DNA of 64,000 bases from Chlorobiota bacterium (lineage in GTDB: Bacteria > Bacteroidota > Ignavibacteria > OLB7), in the NCBI GenBank assembly GCA_028287785.1, contig JAQBOZ010000007.1, forward strand, positions 271,393 through 335,392, written 5' to 3'. A program made the translations under genes and the position numbers. The notes below the pieces were generated by a model. That model was given only the letters and a program-made list of their open reading frames with translations, ran no database searches and was not told where the DNA came from. Below, one piece after another: positions 18,979-29,263 of the stretch; position 1 is the stretch's first letter; the number at the start of each line of letters is the position of its first letter.

Positions 18979-19422
18979 CTACTCCTTGGGACAGAGAAAC
19001 GCCACGCGGGTTCCGTGCCCCGTGTCCGTTACCTGAAGATCGCCCATCAGTGCCCGGATCAGGAACATCCCCCGGCCTCCTTCAAGCATCAGGTTCTCAG
19101 GGCTCACGGGGTCGGCGATATCATCAGGATCGAACCCATCCCCCTCATCCTCCACCACGCAGTAGATCCCCTCGGCGCGGGCCTCCAGCGTATAGCGAAC
19201 GGACTTCGCGGGGTCCAGCCTGTTGCCGTGGACGATGGCGTTGTTCACCGCCTCGGTCATCGCCACCACAAGATTGAAGAATTGCCCGTCGCTCAGGGTA
19301 TAGTCGGCGCGGATCCCTTCCAGGAGCCGTGGCAGCGCGGAGATCTCCTCCCTGGTGGTGTGGAAATCGCGCGCGAGCAGTATGTGAGGAGTCTGTGTCA
19401 CGGAGGATCGGATGTTGATCAT
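18979..19422 (-). CDS. anti-sigma regulatory factor, Ser/Thr protein kinase of the RsbW/SpoIIAB (GHKL, HATPase_c_2) type
   Basis: N-box EAVNNAIVHG, G1 box VEDEGDGFD, G2 box GGRGMFLIRAL; 147 aa; 10 nt upstream of the DUF2029 gene on the same strand. Confidence 0.75.
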   Translation of the reverse strand: MINIRSSVTQTPHILLARDFHTTREEISALPRLLEGIRADYTLSDGQFFNLVVAMTEAVNNAIVHGNRLDPAKSVRYTLEARAEGIYCVVEDEGDGFDPDDIADPVSPENLMLEGGRGMFLIRALMGDLQVTDTGHGTRVAFLCPKE

Positions 19423-19492
19423 AAGCCGGAGCGCGAAGATAACCGCTTGCCGGAGATTCCACCGCCGGATGCCGACGAAAAATGCTCATATG

Positions 19493-19668
19493 TCGGGGAA
19501 CGTTTGAAACGTCCCCTCATGCATGAAGCGTAAGGGGACGTTTCAAACGTCCCCCGACGATCGCTAGAACCGGACGCCCACGGTCATGAAGAGAATCGGT
19601 AAGGGGACGTTTCAAACGTCCCCCGACGATCGCTAGAACCGGACGCCCGCGGTCATGAAGAGAATCGG
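19493..19668. repeat. tandem array: degenerate unit + 2 x 69-bp units, each carrying the palindrome GGGGACGTTTCAAACGTCCCC
   Basis: Units 19531-19599 and 19600-19668 differ at one position. The last 36 nt of each unit equal the last 11 codons plus TAG stop of the upstream outer-membrane-protein gene. Confidence 0.8.
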
Positions 19669-21561
19669 CAGGCGGCTTACCAGCCGGCTCTCGTCAAACC
19701 TGTGTTCCCACCAGCCGGTGAAGCGGACAAGCGTTCTCTCCGAAAGATAGGCCTCGAACCGCGCCGTCGGGCCAACGGATGTACGATCGGAATACGGGAG
19801 CAGGGCGATGGAGCGGGGATCGGTGCGATAACTCTTCACCCGCGAAAGCCGCCCGCCGATGCCGAAGGTGGTCCCCTCGATGGCGCTCGTGGTCAGCTCC
19901 GCCTCCAGCCCCTCCGTCCGCGTCCGCTCCAGCGGGCTCTCCGCGAACTGATCCCAGCTGAAACTTCCCCGCTCCGCGATTCTGAGATCGCCGCTGGCAA
20001 GGAGACGGAGCGTACGGGAGATCGAGAGGCCGAGCGAATCGCGCAGATGAAGCTCGCGGAACGATCGCCCCCTGATATTCTGCGTCCGCCCCTCGAAATC
20101 GTACACCGTGTAGTTGGCAACCACCTCGGTCTCCAGATAATTCTGAAATCCCTCCCCTATCCGGTAACCGACCGATGGGGCGATCCTGAAGACCCGGTTC
20201 CAGTTGTTGTCGTTGCTGTTCTGGCCGAACAGATAGACCAGGTGTGTCAGAAAGATCTGGCCGTAGACGGAGAGATCGAGCATCGGGCTGAAGGAGCGGG
20301 AGTAGCGCAGCTCCCCCTGGATCGTCTGCTCGTCCTTGTCGAAATAGTTTGTCGGGCTGGGCGTGTCGTATCGATAGATCCCCACGGAGCCGCCGAGCGA
20401 GATGGTATCATAACGCGCCGGCCGGTACTCCGCCGAGCCCGCGAGCCGTATCTGCTGCGATACGAAATCGTTCTGCGCGCTGGTCGATCGCTTCTGCTCC
20501 AGCTCCACATCGCTCACCGAGCCTATCCTCTCGACCGTGTTATCCTGCTCGCTGGTGTAATACTCCATCCTTGCGTTGACGCGAAGATGCGACGGATTCC
20601 AGTGCCCTCCGATAACCGCGCCGATCGCCAGCTCGTTCCGTCCGAAGCCGTACGGATCGGGATCGCGCGGGAGGCCGGGCAGCCCATCGTTCTGCTCGCG
20701 CTGATCGATCTTCAGCCGGGAGAGCGAAACCGTGGCATCGATCCCAAGCTCATCGTTCACCGGATAGCTGATCAGCGAATTGATCCTCAGCCTCCCCTCC
20801 CCCCGCTTCTGGAGCGCCTCGTAGGTCAGGCCGCCGTAACGGAGGATATCATCCTCGCTCCGCTTCACAAGGAGATCGGTGTTGATAAGCTCGTAGTGAC
20901 CCTGAAGGTCGATCACGGAGCCCTCGTCGAACTGGCGCGCGATATGAAGGTCGAGATCGCCATTGCTGTTGTGCCGCGGGGCCACGTTGTAGAACCGGCC
21001 GACCCCCTGGGCCGCGATATGATATCCCTCCAGATCGAGCGACCCGGACCCCTCGCCGTACAGGCCGACTCCCCCATCCTCCACATTCAACTGCCGGTTG
21101 TACGCCCCTCCGGCGGCGATCCCCAGCCTGTTCCCGTCCTCATCCACGATCCTCCCGCCAAGCCCCAGAAATCCGGCGGCCGTGTTGTTCAACCCGGCGA
21201 TCCGGGCATCGCGGCTGGCATCGTTGGTCAGCGTCCCTTCCGAGAGCATGAAGACCCGGAATGGGGAGGATGTCCTGTACTCCATGTCGATCAGCGCGTC
21301 CACCTGATCCCTGGTCGATGGGATGCCGAGCAGCGTTGTCGATGAGGTGAGATAGCTTCGAAAGATCCCGGCGGTCGCCCCCTGAAGCAGCCGATAATCA
21401 GTGGTGAGTGATGTCGTGTGGGTTGCGTCGAACCGCTCGGCGCGCGCAATCGCCTGCTGCCGGATCGTGGAATCCGGGAACTCCGGGACCTGCCCCCGTG
21501 CCGCGGTCGCGATCAGAAGGCAGAAGAGGAGCGCGCCGCACCGCCGGTTCGATAATCCCAC
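19633..21561 (-). CDS. outer-membrane beta-barrel protein, hypothetical
   Basis: Ends ...AGVRF with aromatic C-terminus, amphipathic beta-strand periodicity, signal-like LLFCLLIATAARGQ. A GTG start near 21561 is inferred because aspartokinase ends at 21572. Confidence 0.55.
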   Translation of the reverse strand: MGLSNRRCGALLFCLLIATAARGQVPEFPDSTIRQQAIARAERFDATHTTSLTTDYRLLQGATAGIFRSYLTSSTTLLGIPSTRDQVDALIDMEYRTSSPFRVFMLSEGTLTNDASRDARIAGLNNTAAGFLGLGGRIVDEDGNRLGIAAGGAYNRQLNVEDGGVGLYGEGSGSLDLEGYHIAAQGVGRFYNVAPRHNSNGDLDLHIARQFDEGSVIDLQGHYELINTDLLVKRSEDDILRYGGLTYEALQKRGEGRLRINSLISYPVNDELGIDATVSLSRLKIDQREQNDGLPGLPRDPDPYGFGRNELAIGAVIGGHWNPSHLRVNARMEYYTSEQDNTVERIGSVSDVELEQKRSTSAQNDFVSQQIRLAGSAEYRPARYDTISLGGSVGIYRYDTPSPTNYFDKDEQTIQGELRYSRSFSPMLDLSVYGQIFLTHLVYLFGQNSNDNNWNRVFRIAPSVGYRIGEGFQNYLETEVVANYTVYDFEGRTQNIRGRSFRELHLRDSLGLSISRTLRLLASGDLRIAERGSFSWDQFAESPLERTRTEGLEAELTTSAIEGTTFGIGGRLSRVKSYRTDPRSIALLPYSDRTSVGPTARFEAYLSERTLVRFTGWWEHRFDESRLVSRLPILFMTAGVRF

Positions 21562-21571
21562 CGGCGGGCCC

Positions 21572-22918
21572 TCAGGTATGAGTGTCGGAATGGAGAACCC
21601 CGGTGGCGGCCGCGAAACGCTCGTGAAGTGGGCCAAGCGTCCGCCGGGCCGCTTCACGGTCGAGCGCCACGCTGATGGCCCGCCCTTCGATTCCCCCCTG
21701 CATCGCCAGCAGATCCCGGCCGGCAAACGCGGCAAAGAACCGCTCCATCTCCTCACCGCTCAGACGCTCCTCCCCAACCAGCGACAGGACCGATACCGGC
21801 GCGACATGAGCCTCCACCGGCTCCGCTACCAGATGCACCGGAAGGCTCGCGTGCGGATACGGCCCGGCCAGCAGGATCTGCATTCGGTGACGGAACCGTT
21901 GCTGCCAGATGATCGGCGTCTCGGCGGCGATGGCGCGGAGGAACGGATCGAGCGCGGCGGTCGTGGTGGCCGTCTCCAGCGAGATCAGCTCGGCATCCGG
22001 GAGCATCGCGATGGAATATCCATGCTCTCCCTCGGTTCCGATCGTCGTGGATTCCCCACCCAGGCTGGTGATCACAAGCGGAATCGAGGAGCGTTCCACC
22101 GGCATCACCGTCCGCGGATGGAGGATCTTCGCCCCCAGCTCGGCCAGCGTGTTCGCCATCGCGTAGCTCATCGTTCTGAGCGTGCGCGCCTCGGGGACCA
22201 GCTTGGGATCGGCGGTGAGGATGCCGGGAACGCTGGTGTAGATCCTGACCTCGCGGGCGTCGAGGATCGAGGCGAGCATCGTGGCGGAATAGTTGGAGGA
22301 TTCGCGCCCCATCGTGGTTGCCTGCCCCGATGCGCTTCTGGCGATATACCCCTCGGTCACCACCACCGGATGCGTAGCCAGCAGCGGGGGGATCTGCTCC
22401 AGCACCCGCTCCCGCGTCAACTCCAGATCGGGACGGGCGTAGCGATGCGCGCCATCGGTGATGATCAGATCCAGCGCGCAGATGCCGGCGGCATCGGCTC
22501 CGGAGGGGGAATCGTTCAGCGCGGCCAGCAGCAGCGCCGAGGAAAATCGTTCGCCGAAATGGACGATCAGGTCAAGCGTGCGCGGCGAAAGCTCGCGGAC
22601 GATGCCAAGCCCCTGCACAACATCGGCAAGGCGCGCCCTGTGCGGAGCTATCGTCTCAAGCCATGCGTTGTACGCCCCGGCGGAAAGCGCGCGACGGGCA
22701 ATCCCGGCGTGAAGCTCGATGATGGCGTCCAGATCGCGCGCGGCGGCCGCGGAATCGGACAGCGCGTGATCGGCAAGGTGTTCAAGAAGATTGGTGACGT
22801 TGGCGAACGCACTCACCACGACGAGAAGAGGACCCGGAAGGCGACGGATTTCATCACGCGCGCGAAGGAGCCCCTCGCTGCTGTTGAGGAGTGCGCCGCC
22901 GAATTTTGCGACAATCAT
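21572..22918 (-). CDS. aspartate kinase
   Basis: MIVAKFGGALL... (KFGG kinase motif), amino-acid-kinase domain plus C-terminal ACT-like region; 448 aa. Confidence 0.85.
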   Translation of the reverse strand: MIVAKFGGALLNSSEGLLRARDEIRRLPGPLLVVVSAFANVTNLLEHLADHALSDSAAAARDLDAIIELHAGIARRALSAGAYNAWLETIAPHRARLADVVQGLGIVRELSPRTLDLIVHFGERFSSALLLAALNDSPSGADAAGICALDLIITDGAHRYARPDLELTRERVLEQIPPLLATHPVVVTEGYIARSASGQATTMGRESSNYSATMLASILDAREVRIYTSVPGILTADPKLVPEARTLRTMSYAMANTLAELGAKILHPRTVMPVERSSIPLVITSLGGESTTIGTEGEHGYSIAMLPDAELISLETATTTAALDPFLRAIAAETPIIWQQRFRHRMQILLAGPYPHASLPVHLVAEPVEAHVAPVSVLSLVGEERLSGEEMERFFAAFAGRDLLAMQGGIEGRAISVALDREAARRTLGPLHERFAAATGVLHSDTHT

Positions 22919-23250
22919 TGAGCGCGATAAGAGCTGGAGGTATTGGAAAGAGAGGGCCGTGCGAAGAGGCGCGCAAGCCGCGATGTCGAGCTTTCGTCGG
23001 CTTCGTTGAGGATATCGCGGGAGCGGCGCCAGTCACCGTAATAGCCAACAAGCTGCCGCACCACGCCGGCGGGAAGGCGCCGCAGGGGAGTGGCTTCGGT
23101 AAGGAGAGATCGAAGCGAACCACTAGGAGTTTTTTTCATCGTGCCGGCCTTGTATGGTTGTCTGCTTGCGTAACCGTTGGCTCTTCCCATGCTACGCAGA
23201 TTCAGGGGGGAATGCAAGCACGAACTTCGCAGTGCAAAGCGTTGCCACGG

Positions 23251-25194
23251 TCACTCTCCCGCGACCACCGGCACGCGGCGCAGTTCAACCGAACGGACAA
23301 CCACCGGGCGGCCGTCGCCGCTGGCAAGCACGATATCGTATGCCCCCGCGTATTTGGGCACGTCGATCATGTTGCCGGCCCATGTGTGATCCCCGTAGTT
23401 GTTCGAGCGCCCCACATATGCGTAGAAGGCGCCCGGCGCGTCCGCTCCGGGAATGGTTATCCGCCATCGCCCGGCCGGCAGCGCCAGGTTCCGCGCCTCC
23501 ACCGTATTCCCTCTTGTCACCACCGTGTAGAAGCCGCCGGATGAGTCAACCCGCACGATGCCGGTGAGAAGCTGGGCCGGAATGGAGATCCGATCCAACG
23601 TCGAATCGATCCCCATCCTCCCGTTCCGCCGGACCCAGATGTGGGCATCGCAGGGATATTCCGGGTCGTCCGCGTGGATGATCGCCAGGGAGTAATCGCG
23701 CTGGAAGACCGGCTCCGCCTGCATCTCGCGACCGCTTCGGAATCCGGCCGTGTCGTCGCCGGGAGGACCGCCGAAGATGATCAGGTCCGGGTTCCGGCTC
23801 AGCACGTAGCGCCCATCCCCCAGCTCGTGTCCCAGCATCCCGCTCCCGAAATCGGGCGGCCGGTGGCGCGGCAGATAATAATCGTTCAGCCCCAGCATGT
23901 CCACCGATGGAAGCTCCGACCAGTAGGGGAGGCATCCCGCGGCATCCACAGCCAGCAGCGGCTGCGGCTTGCCCGTGCTCCGCTTCAGCATCAGCCCGAT
24001 CGCGCGCCCGCACCATTCCCACCGCTCGTCGATCGCCTTCCGGCTTTTCGAATCGATCAGCCCGCAGATCGCCAGCAACGCCAGCGCCCCGATCGCGACG
24101 CCGTGGAGCATCGCCGCGCCGGTTTCCCGTGTCGCCAGATGCACGCCGCACTCGGAGAGGAGAAAGCCCAGAAGGATGATAAACGGAACCAGATGCCGCC
24201 CCGCCGGGAAGATGTCGCCGCCGATCGCCATCACGTAGAGAAGCCAGAGCACCGCCGGGATCAGGGTGATGATGATCCTCCTCCGCGCCGCCGGATCGCG
24301 CATGGCGCCGGGGAGGAATATCGCGATCGGGATGATGACCGGCAGCAGCGGGAGCGAGCCACGGATGACATATTTGACCCCCATGATGAGCCTTCCCGCC
24401 GAGAAGCCGACCTTGACCAGCGCCGTGTTCGGCACCCATTCGCCATAGTAGCCGAGGCGGAACGCGAGCTGCCCCAGATAGCACGCGGCCGGCACCGCCG
24501 CAAGGCAGACCGCCGCCGCGAACCCGCGACGATTGAACCGGAAGATGACGAGAAGCGCCAGCGCGATGGCGGCGGTGAAGAGCATCCCGTCGGGCCGGGT
24601 AAGCGCAAGGAGCCCCAAGGGAATCCCGGCAAGGATGAAGCCGCGCGGCCCCGACTCGTCGCCATCGACGGCGCGATGGGCCAGCCAGACCCCGAGCGCA
24701 AGGAAGAGCGCGACGAACGGCTGTTCGAGCCCGCCGACGGTCCAGACGGCGATCGGCGCCGCGAGCGAGAGCATCGCCGCGCCGGCCAGCGGAAGGAGCC
24801 CCCCCCCTCCTGTGTATCGCCGGTAGGCATAGAGCAGCACAAGCACGCTCCCCCCCATGCCGGCCACGCCAAGCCACCGCACGGCATCGATCAGATCCAT
24901 CCCCAGCCCGCCCAGCAGCGCGGAGGCAAGCACCCAGAGGAGATTGGAATACCCCTCCACCGGCCTCCCCTGGTTCCAGGTCAGGCCGTGGCCGTCGATA
25001 AGCCTGCGGGCGTACCGGAGGGAGATCAGCGCGTCGTCGGAAAGGAACGGGAGATAGTGATGAGCGTTGAGCAGAAGCGCCATCAGCAGAAGCAGGGCGG
25101 CGATCGCGGCGCCGGTTGCCGTGAGATATCTATCGCGCTTCAAGGTTGCCCAGGGTGTGGATGCTGAACGCGCGGAGAAGGGGGAATGATCCAC
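23251..25194 (-). CDS. large polytopic membrane protein, probable GT-C glycosyltransferase (PMT/ArnT-like superfamily)
   Basis: 647 aa, ~12 TM helices in the N-terminal 420 aa with an acidic loop after TM1 (LSDDALISLRYARRL), and a C-terminal soluble beta-rich domain. Confidence 0.5.
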   Translation of the reverse strand: MDHSPFSARSASTPWATLKRDRYLTATGAAIAALLLLMALLLNAHHYLPFLSDDALISLRYARRLIDGHGLTWNQGRPVEGYSNLLWVLASALLGGLGMDLIDAVRWLGVAGMGGSVLVLLYAYRRYTGGGGLLPLAGAAMLSLAAPIAVWTVGGLEQPFVALFLALGVWLAHRAVDGDESGPRGFILAGIPLGLLALTRPDGMLFTAAIALALLVIFRFNRRGFAAAVCLAAVPAACYLGQLAFRLGYYGEWVPNTALVKVGFSAGRLIMGVKYVIRGSLPLLPVIIPIAIFLPGAMRDPAARRRIIITLIPAVLWLLYVMAIGGDIFPAGRHLVPFIILLGFLLSECGVHLATRETGAAMLHGVAIGALALLAICGLIDSKSRKAIDERWEWCGRAIGLMLKRSTGKPQPLLAVDAAGCLPYWSELPSVDMLGLNDYYLPRHRPPDFGSGMLGHELGDGRYVLSRNPDLIIFGGPPGDDTAGFRSGREMQAEPVFQRDYSLAIIHADDPEYPCDAHIWVRRNGRMGIDSTLDRISIPAQLLTGIVRVDSSGGFYTVVTRGNTVEARNLALPAGRWRITIPGADAPGAFYAYVGRSNNYGDHTWAGNMIDVPKYAGAYDIVLASGDGRPVVVRSVELRRVPVVAGE

Positions 25195-25236
25195 CCTCCC
25201 CGCGCATGAATGTCACGGAAATTTCGAGAACGGCGA

Positions 25237-27483
25237 TCAGCGGACGATGAACCCGTCGCGAACATCGGCATCATCATCAAGGATCGAGATAAGCGTTGGC
25301 GCGTTCTCCGGGGAGTTCGCGGCGAAGAGCATCCCCTGCGATTCCTGCCCCATCAGCTTTGCGGGCTTCAGGTTCGCCACCACCACGATCCGCTTCCCCA
25401 GAAGCGACTCCGGCTCGTACTTCTTCCCGATCCCCGCGATGATCTGCCGTTCGAGATCGCCGATCCTCACCTGGAGCTTCAGGAGCTTGTCGGATTTCTT
25501 CACCCGTTCCGCGGCAACCACGGTGGCAACGCGAAGATCGAGCTTCATCACATCCTCGATCGTCACCTCCGGCTTCAACTCCACCTGGATCGGCGGCTCC
25601 TCCGGTTTCTCCCCCTCGGGCTCCGGGGCGGAGGCGGCGATCAGCCCGGCCACTTCCCGCTCAACCATCTCATCGTCGAATTTCGTAAAGAGAATCACCG
25701 GCTCCCCCAGCGCATGCCCGCTGGGAATCCGAAGCTCCGACGCGCTTTCCCATTCGGCGGCGGATGCGGCGTCCAGGCCGAGCATCGCCAGCATCGACCC
25801 GGAGGAGAAGGGGAGGATGGGACGGAAGATGACGGCGAGCGAGCGGACGACCTGGAGGCAGATGTTGATCGCCGTGGCGCAACGCTCCGGTCGGTCCCGG
25901 CGGGTCTTCCACGGCTCCGAGTCGTTGAAATACTTGTTGGCGGCGCGCGCCACGTTCATCGATTCCAGCGCGGCCTCCCGGAAGCGGAAGGCGCGATAGA
26001 GATCGCCGACCCGTTTCGGCGCGCGGGCAAGCTCCAGGAGCATCACCAGATCGGTCCGGGTGAAATACTTGAGATATTTCGGCGCCAGCTCCGTGAGAAT
26101 CGCGTCATCGCTCTGCGGGGAATCGCAGCAGCGGCGGAGATCCTCGGCCAGCAGCGTCTTCACCTCCGCCTCCTTCTCCCCGGTGGCCGTCAGCGGCGGC
26201 ACGACGTTGTCGAAATATCGCCCGGCGAACTGCATCGTCCGGTTGACGAAGTTGCCGAGGATATCGGCAAGCTCGTTGTTGACCCGCGCCTGATACTCGC
26301 GCCATGTGAAATCGGCGTCCTTGCTCTCCGGCAGGTTGGCGACGATCGTATAGCGGAGCGGATCGGGGGGATGGTTCGCCAGATAATCGCGCAGATCGAT
26401 CCCCCAGCGTTTCGACTTCGAGAACTTCCGCCCTTCCAGGTTCAGGAACTCATCGGCCGGGACGTTGTCCGGCAGCACATGGCGGTCCCCCCGTCCCGAC
26501 TCGTTGTAGGCTAGGAGCGTGGCCGGAAAGATCAGCGTGTGGAAGACGATATTATCCTTGCCGATAAACGCCACATAGCGGCTTTCGGGATCGCACCACC
26601 AGCGTTTCCAGCCATCCGGCTCCCCCCGTTCCCTGGCGAGCATGCGGGTGTTGGTGATGTAGCCGAGCGGCGCATCGAACCAGACATAGAGCTTCTTCCC
26701 CTCGAATCCGGGGAGCGGCACATCGATTCCCCAGGTGAGATCACGGGTGATCGAGCGATCGCCAAGCCCCTGTTTCAGCCAGCTTCGCGACTGCTGGAGG
26801 ACGTTGTCGCGCCAGACGGTCGCGGGCGTTTCGGCGCCGGAGCGGGCCGCGTGCGACTCCACGTACTCCTCCAGGCGGCCCTGGAAATCGCCGAGCTTGA
26901 AATAGAGATGTTTCGTGGTTCTGATCTCCGGCGGCCTGCCGGAAACCTTGCTGACGGGGTTCTTCAGCTCGATCTGATCGTACGTGGAGGAGCAGTTGTC
27001 GCACTGGTCGCCGCGGGCGCCGTCGTGGCCGCAGACCGGACAGGTTCCCTCCACATAGCGATCGGGAAGGAACATCCCGGCCTCCACGTCATAGAACTGC
27101 CCCGTCTCCTTCTCCACCAGATATCCCTGCTCATGGAGCGCCAGGAAGAACTCCCGCGCCGTCTCATGATGCTCCGGCCACGACGTGCGGCCGAAGATAT
27201 CGAAGTCGATCCCGAGCCCCCGGAACGCCTCCAGGTTGGCGAAATGATATTTATCGACGATCTCCTGCGGCGCCACGCTCTCCGTCTCCGCCGCGATCGT
27301 GATCGCCACGCCATGCTCGTCGGAGCCGGAGACATGGATCACATCCTCGCCGCAGAGCCTGAGAAACCGGGTATAGATATCGGCAGGGAGATACGCCCCG
27401 GCGACATGGCCGAGATGGATATAACCGTTGGCGTAGGGAAGGGCGCTCGTGACAAGAGTCCGGGCAAAATTCTGTGTCTTCAA
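25237..27483 (-). CDS. metG: methionine--tRNA ligase with C-terminal tRNA-binding (EMAP/Trbp111-like) domain
   Basis: HIGH motif (HLGHVAG), KMSKS (KFSKS), zinc knuckle CPVCGHDG...CDNC; 748 aa. Confidence 0.9.
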   Translation of the reverse strand: MKTQNFARTLVTSALPYANGYIHLGHVAGAYLPADIYTRFLRLCGEDVIHVSGSDEHGVAITIAAETESVAPQEIVDKYHFANLEAFRGLGIDFDIFGRTSWPEHHETAREFFLALHEQGYLVEKETGQFYDVEAGMFLPDRYVEGTCPVCGHDGARGDQCDNCSSTYDQIELKNPVSKVSGRPPEIRTTKHLYFKLGDFQGRLEEYVESHAARSGAETPATVWRDNVLQQSRSWLKQGLGDRSITRDLTWGIDVPLPGFEGKKLYVWFDAPLGYITNTRMLARERGEPDGWKRWWCDPESRYVAFIGKDNIVFHTLIFPATLLAYNESGRGDRHVLPDNVPADEFLNLEGRKFSKSKRWGIDLRDYLANHPPDPLRYTIVANLPESKDADFTWREYQARVNNELADILGNFVNRTMQFAGRYFDNVVPPLTATGEKEAEVKTLLAEDLRRCCDSPQSDDAILTELAPKYLKYFTRTDLVMLLELARAPKRVGDLYRAFRFREAALESMNVARAANKYFNDSEPWKTRRDRPERCATAINICLQVVRSLAVIFRPILPFSSGSMLAMLGLDAASAAEWESASELRIPSGHALGEPVILFTKFDDEMVEREVAGLIAASAPEPEGEKPEEPPIQVELKPEVTIEDVMKLDLRVATVVAAERVKKSDKLLKLQVRIGDLERQIIAGIGKKYEPESLLGKRIVVVANLKPAKLMGQESQGMLFAANSPENAPTLISILDDDADVRDGFIVR

Positions 27484-27540
27484 GATAGGTCCGTAATCAG
27501 TATTCAGCGCTCAGTGGCGTCGTATCTCCGGGCGGGCGAT

Positions 27541-28911
27541 CTACTGGTCCGCCTCATTGGCAAATGCCTCCTGCCCGTTATCGGCGGCGTCCCGGTTCAT
27601 ATCCTCCAGCTTCACCTGCACCACGCGACGGTTGTAGATCTTCAGCACGGTCATCCGGACGGAGTCCCGTTCCAGCGACTCGTTCTCCTCGGGGATATGG
27701 CCGAACCATTTGTTGACCAGGCCGGCGATCGTCGTGTAGTCATCCCCCTCCGGAAGCACGAAGCCGTTTACGCTGTCGTTCACATCGGAGATCGACATCG
27801 ACGCATTCACCAGCCACGTCTGCTCATCCATCTGCTCGACCCCCACCAGCTCCTCGTCGTACTCGTCCTGAATCTCCCCGACAAGCTCTTCCAGGATATC
27901 CTCCATCGTCACCAGCCCGGCCGTTCCGCCGAACTCGTCCACCACCATCGCTATCTGGTTCTTCGTCTTCTGGAACTCCCGGAGCAGCTCGGAGATCAGC
28001 TTCGTCTCCGGGACGAAATGCGCCGGGCGGAGCAGATCCTGAAGGATGATCAGGTTATGATGTTCCAGCAGCGTGATCAGATCCTTCGAATAGACGACGC
28101 CGATGATGTTGTCGATGGAGCCGGAGAAGACCGGCATGCGGGTATATCCCTCCTCCACCACGAACTTGATCAGCTCGCCGGGGGGATCGTTGATATCCAG
28201 CGCCGCGATGTTCGTCCGCGGCACCATCACCTCCTTGACCACCGTCCCGCCGAACTCGAACACGTTTTCGATCAGCTCATGCTCGGACTCCTCGATCGTC
28301 CCCCCCTCGCGCCCCTGCTCCAGCAGCAGCCGCAGCTCCTCCCCCGAATGGAAATGCTCCGACTCGCTCACCGGCTCGATGCCGAAGATGCCGAGCGTCT
28401 TGGTGGCAACCCAGTTGAGCGAGACGATCGCCGGCTTGAAGATCAGATAGAACACCCTCAGCGGAAACGCGACGAACAACGTCGTCTGCTCGGAACGCTG
28501 AATGGCGAGCGATTTCGGCGCCAGCTCCCCCAGCACGATGTGGAGAAAGGTGATCATCAGGAAGGCGATCGGCAGGGAGATGTTGTTTGCCAGCTCCACA
28601 TTCTGTGCCGAATGGAACCCGAACATGTCCAGAATAGCCACGATCAACTGACCGACGATCTTCTCGCCGACCCAGCCGAGGCCGAGCGAGGCGAGGGTGA
28701 TGCCGAGCTGCGTGGCGGAAAGATATTCGTCGAGATGGGTGATCAGGCGCTGGGCCATCTTCGCGGCGCGGCTTCCCCCCTGCGCCTTCAGCTCGATCTG
28801 CGACTGGCGCACCTTCACGATCGCGAATTCCGCGGCCACGAAGAATGCGTTCGCCAGCACAAGCAGGAGCGTGATGATCGTACCGAGAACCGGATTGATG
28901 GAATTATCCAT
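27541..28911 (-). CDS. HlyC/CorC-family transporter (CNNM/DUF21 TM domain + CBS pair + CorC_HlyC)
   Basis: N-terminal DUF21 helices, tandem CBS domains, C-terminal transporter-associated domain; 456 aa. Confidence 0.85.
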   Translation of the reverse strand: MDNSINPVLGTIITLLLVLANAFFVAAEFAIVKVRQSQIELKAQGGSRAAKMAQRLITHLDEYLSATQLGITLASLGLGWVGEKIVGQLIVAILDMFGFHSAQNVELANNISLPIAFLMITFLHIVLGELAPKSLAIQRSEQTTLFVAFPLRVFYLIFKPAIVSLNWVATKTLGIFGIEPVSESEHFHSGEELRLLLEQGREGGTIEESEHELIENVFEFGGTVVKEVMVPRTNIAALDINDPPGELIKFVVEEGYTRMPVFSGSIDNIIGVVYSKDLITLLEHHNLIILQDLLRPAHFVPETKLISELLREFQKTKNQIAMVVDEFGGTAGLVTMEDILEELVGEIQDEYDEELVGVEQMDEQTWLVNASMSISDVNDSVNGFVLPEGDDYTTIAGLVNKWFGHIPEENESLERDSVRMTVLKIYNRRVVQVKLEDMNRDAADNGQEAFANEADQ

Positions 28912-29263
28912 GCGTGATGCTCACGCCTCCTCTCGAACGTTCAACGAACTCTGATAAACGTGTCTGCCAATGCGCGCCGAAGCGCCTGCTAGGGAACGGA
29001 TCGTCCATGGAATTGAAGATAGTATGACTTCCCCTCCATATACAACAATGTCGTATCGAGGGGATCGGCGCGCCTCCGGAGTTGAATATCCGGCCATAAC
29101 GCGCCCGCCGGGGAGGAATCCCTCCCCAGGCTTTCGGGCAAATCTACGAGTTTGGGAGCGCACGGCACGGGTTTCCGCGCCGGCGGGCGCGATATCGTCG
29201 GTCATCGCCGCCGATCTTTCCAAATGATAACCTTTATCCTGGCCCCCACGGACCACCGCCCCG

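Noticed and set aside
22915-23217. 100-aa ORF (or 73-aa MKKTPSG... version) immediately upstream of aspartokinase, and a possible lysine riboswitch or leader-peptide attenuator in the 330-nt leader
   Set aside because: No recognisable L-box core elements by eye, the peptide is not enriched in Lys/Thr/Ile codons, and there is no convincing RBS. Left as unannotated leader; a covariance-model search would settle it.
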